Source of the DNA: Epiperipatus broadwayi | Taxonomy: Eukaryota; Animalia; Onychophora | NCBI GenBank assembly: GCA_028023455.1 | Contig: JAQFVV010000009.1 | Coordinates: 5,766,001-5,830,000, forward strand | Length of the DNA: 64,000 nucleotides | Direction: 5' to 3' | Part shown: one piece after another, positions 63,905 to 64,000 of the stretch | How the letters are laid out: each line of letters starts with the position of its first letter | Position numbering within the stretch: position 1 is the stretch's first letter | Made by a program: the position numbers and the translations under genes | Notes under the pieces: model-generated | What the model saw: only the letters and a program-made list of their open reading frames with translations | What the model was told of the DNA's origin: nothing | The model's database searches: none

Positions 63905-64000
63905 CCAGGCTTCTTAAACTTTTTTATATAGCGACCCCCTTCAAGCTTAGGAAATTTTAAACGACCCCCTCCTCCATATAATGAAATATATATTAACCGT
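63905..64000. mobile_element. Left end of a probable hAT (Charlie-like) MITE, running off the window
   Basis: ATCTAGAG target-like site followed by CCAGGCTTCTTAAACTTTT and repeated CGACCCCC words. Confidence 0.6.

Noticed and set aside
1-64000. CRISPR arrays, rRNA, and the many 60-100 aa AT-rich ORFs in the track
   Set aside because: No repeat-spacer arrays or rRNA motifs were seen. The short ORFs are low-complexity chance frames or TE antisense shadows.

Overview
Very AT-rich, CpG-depleted eukaryotic genomic DNA, probably from an invertebrate (the species cannot be determined from the sequence). Two host genes converge. On the plus strand is a DUF229-family gene (alkaline-phosphatase/sulfatase-like fold), with two visible exons (6536-7473 and 35518-35805) joined in phase 0 across a ~28-kb intron. 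On the minus strand are the last two exons of an ALMS-motif protein (59648-59747, 59471-59578). The rest is mostly transposable elements: an inverted pair of Penelope-like elements (PLEs) plus solo fragments, an L1/Tx1-like LINE, a near-intact CR1/L2-group LINE, RTE LINEs, a mariner, a Merlin derivative, hAT MITEs, foldback elements and tRNA-derived SINEs. The main signals involve hammerhead ribozymes. (1) An intact minimal type-I hammerhead (32725-32780, minus) sits inside a structured, non-coding 425-bp unit with a 50-bp terminal redundancy, resembling a retrozyme. (2) Every PLE terminal repeat long enough to include this region carries a tRNA-like A-box/B-box module directly upstream of a minimal hammerhead. 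(3) The two hammerheads that are sense to the host pre-mRNA have broken catalytic cores, while the antisense ones keep theirs. No CRISPR arrays, rRNA or canonical tRNA genes were seen. All family assignments come from motif recognition, not database searches.
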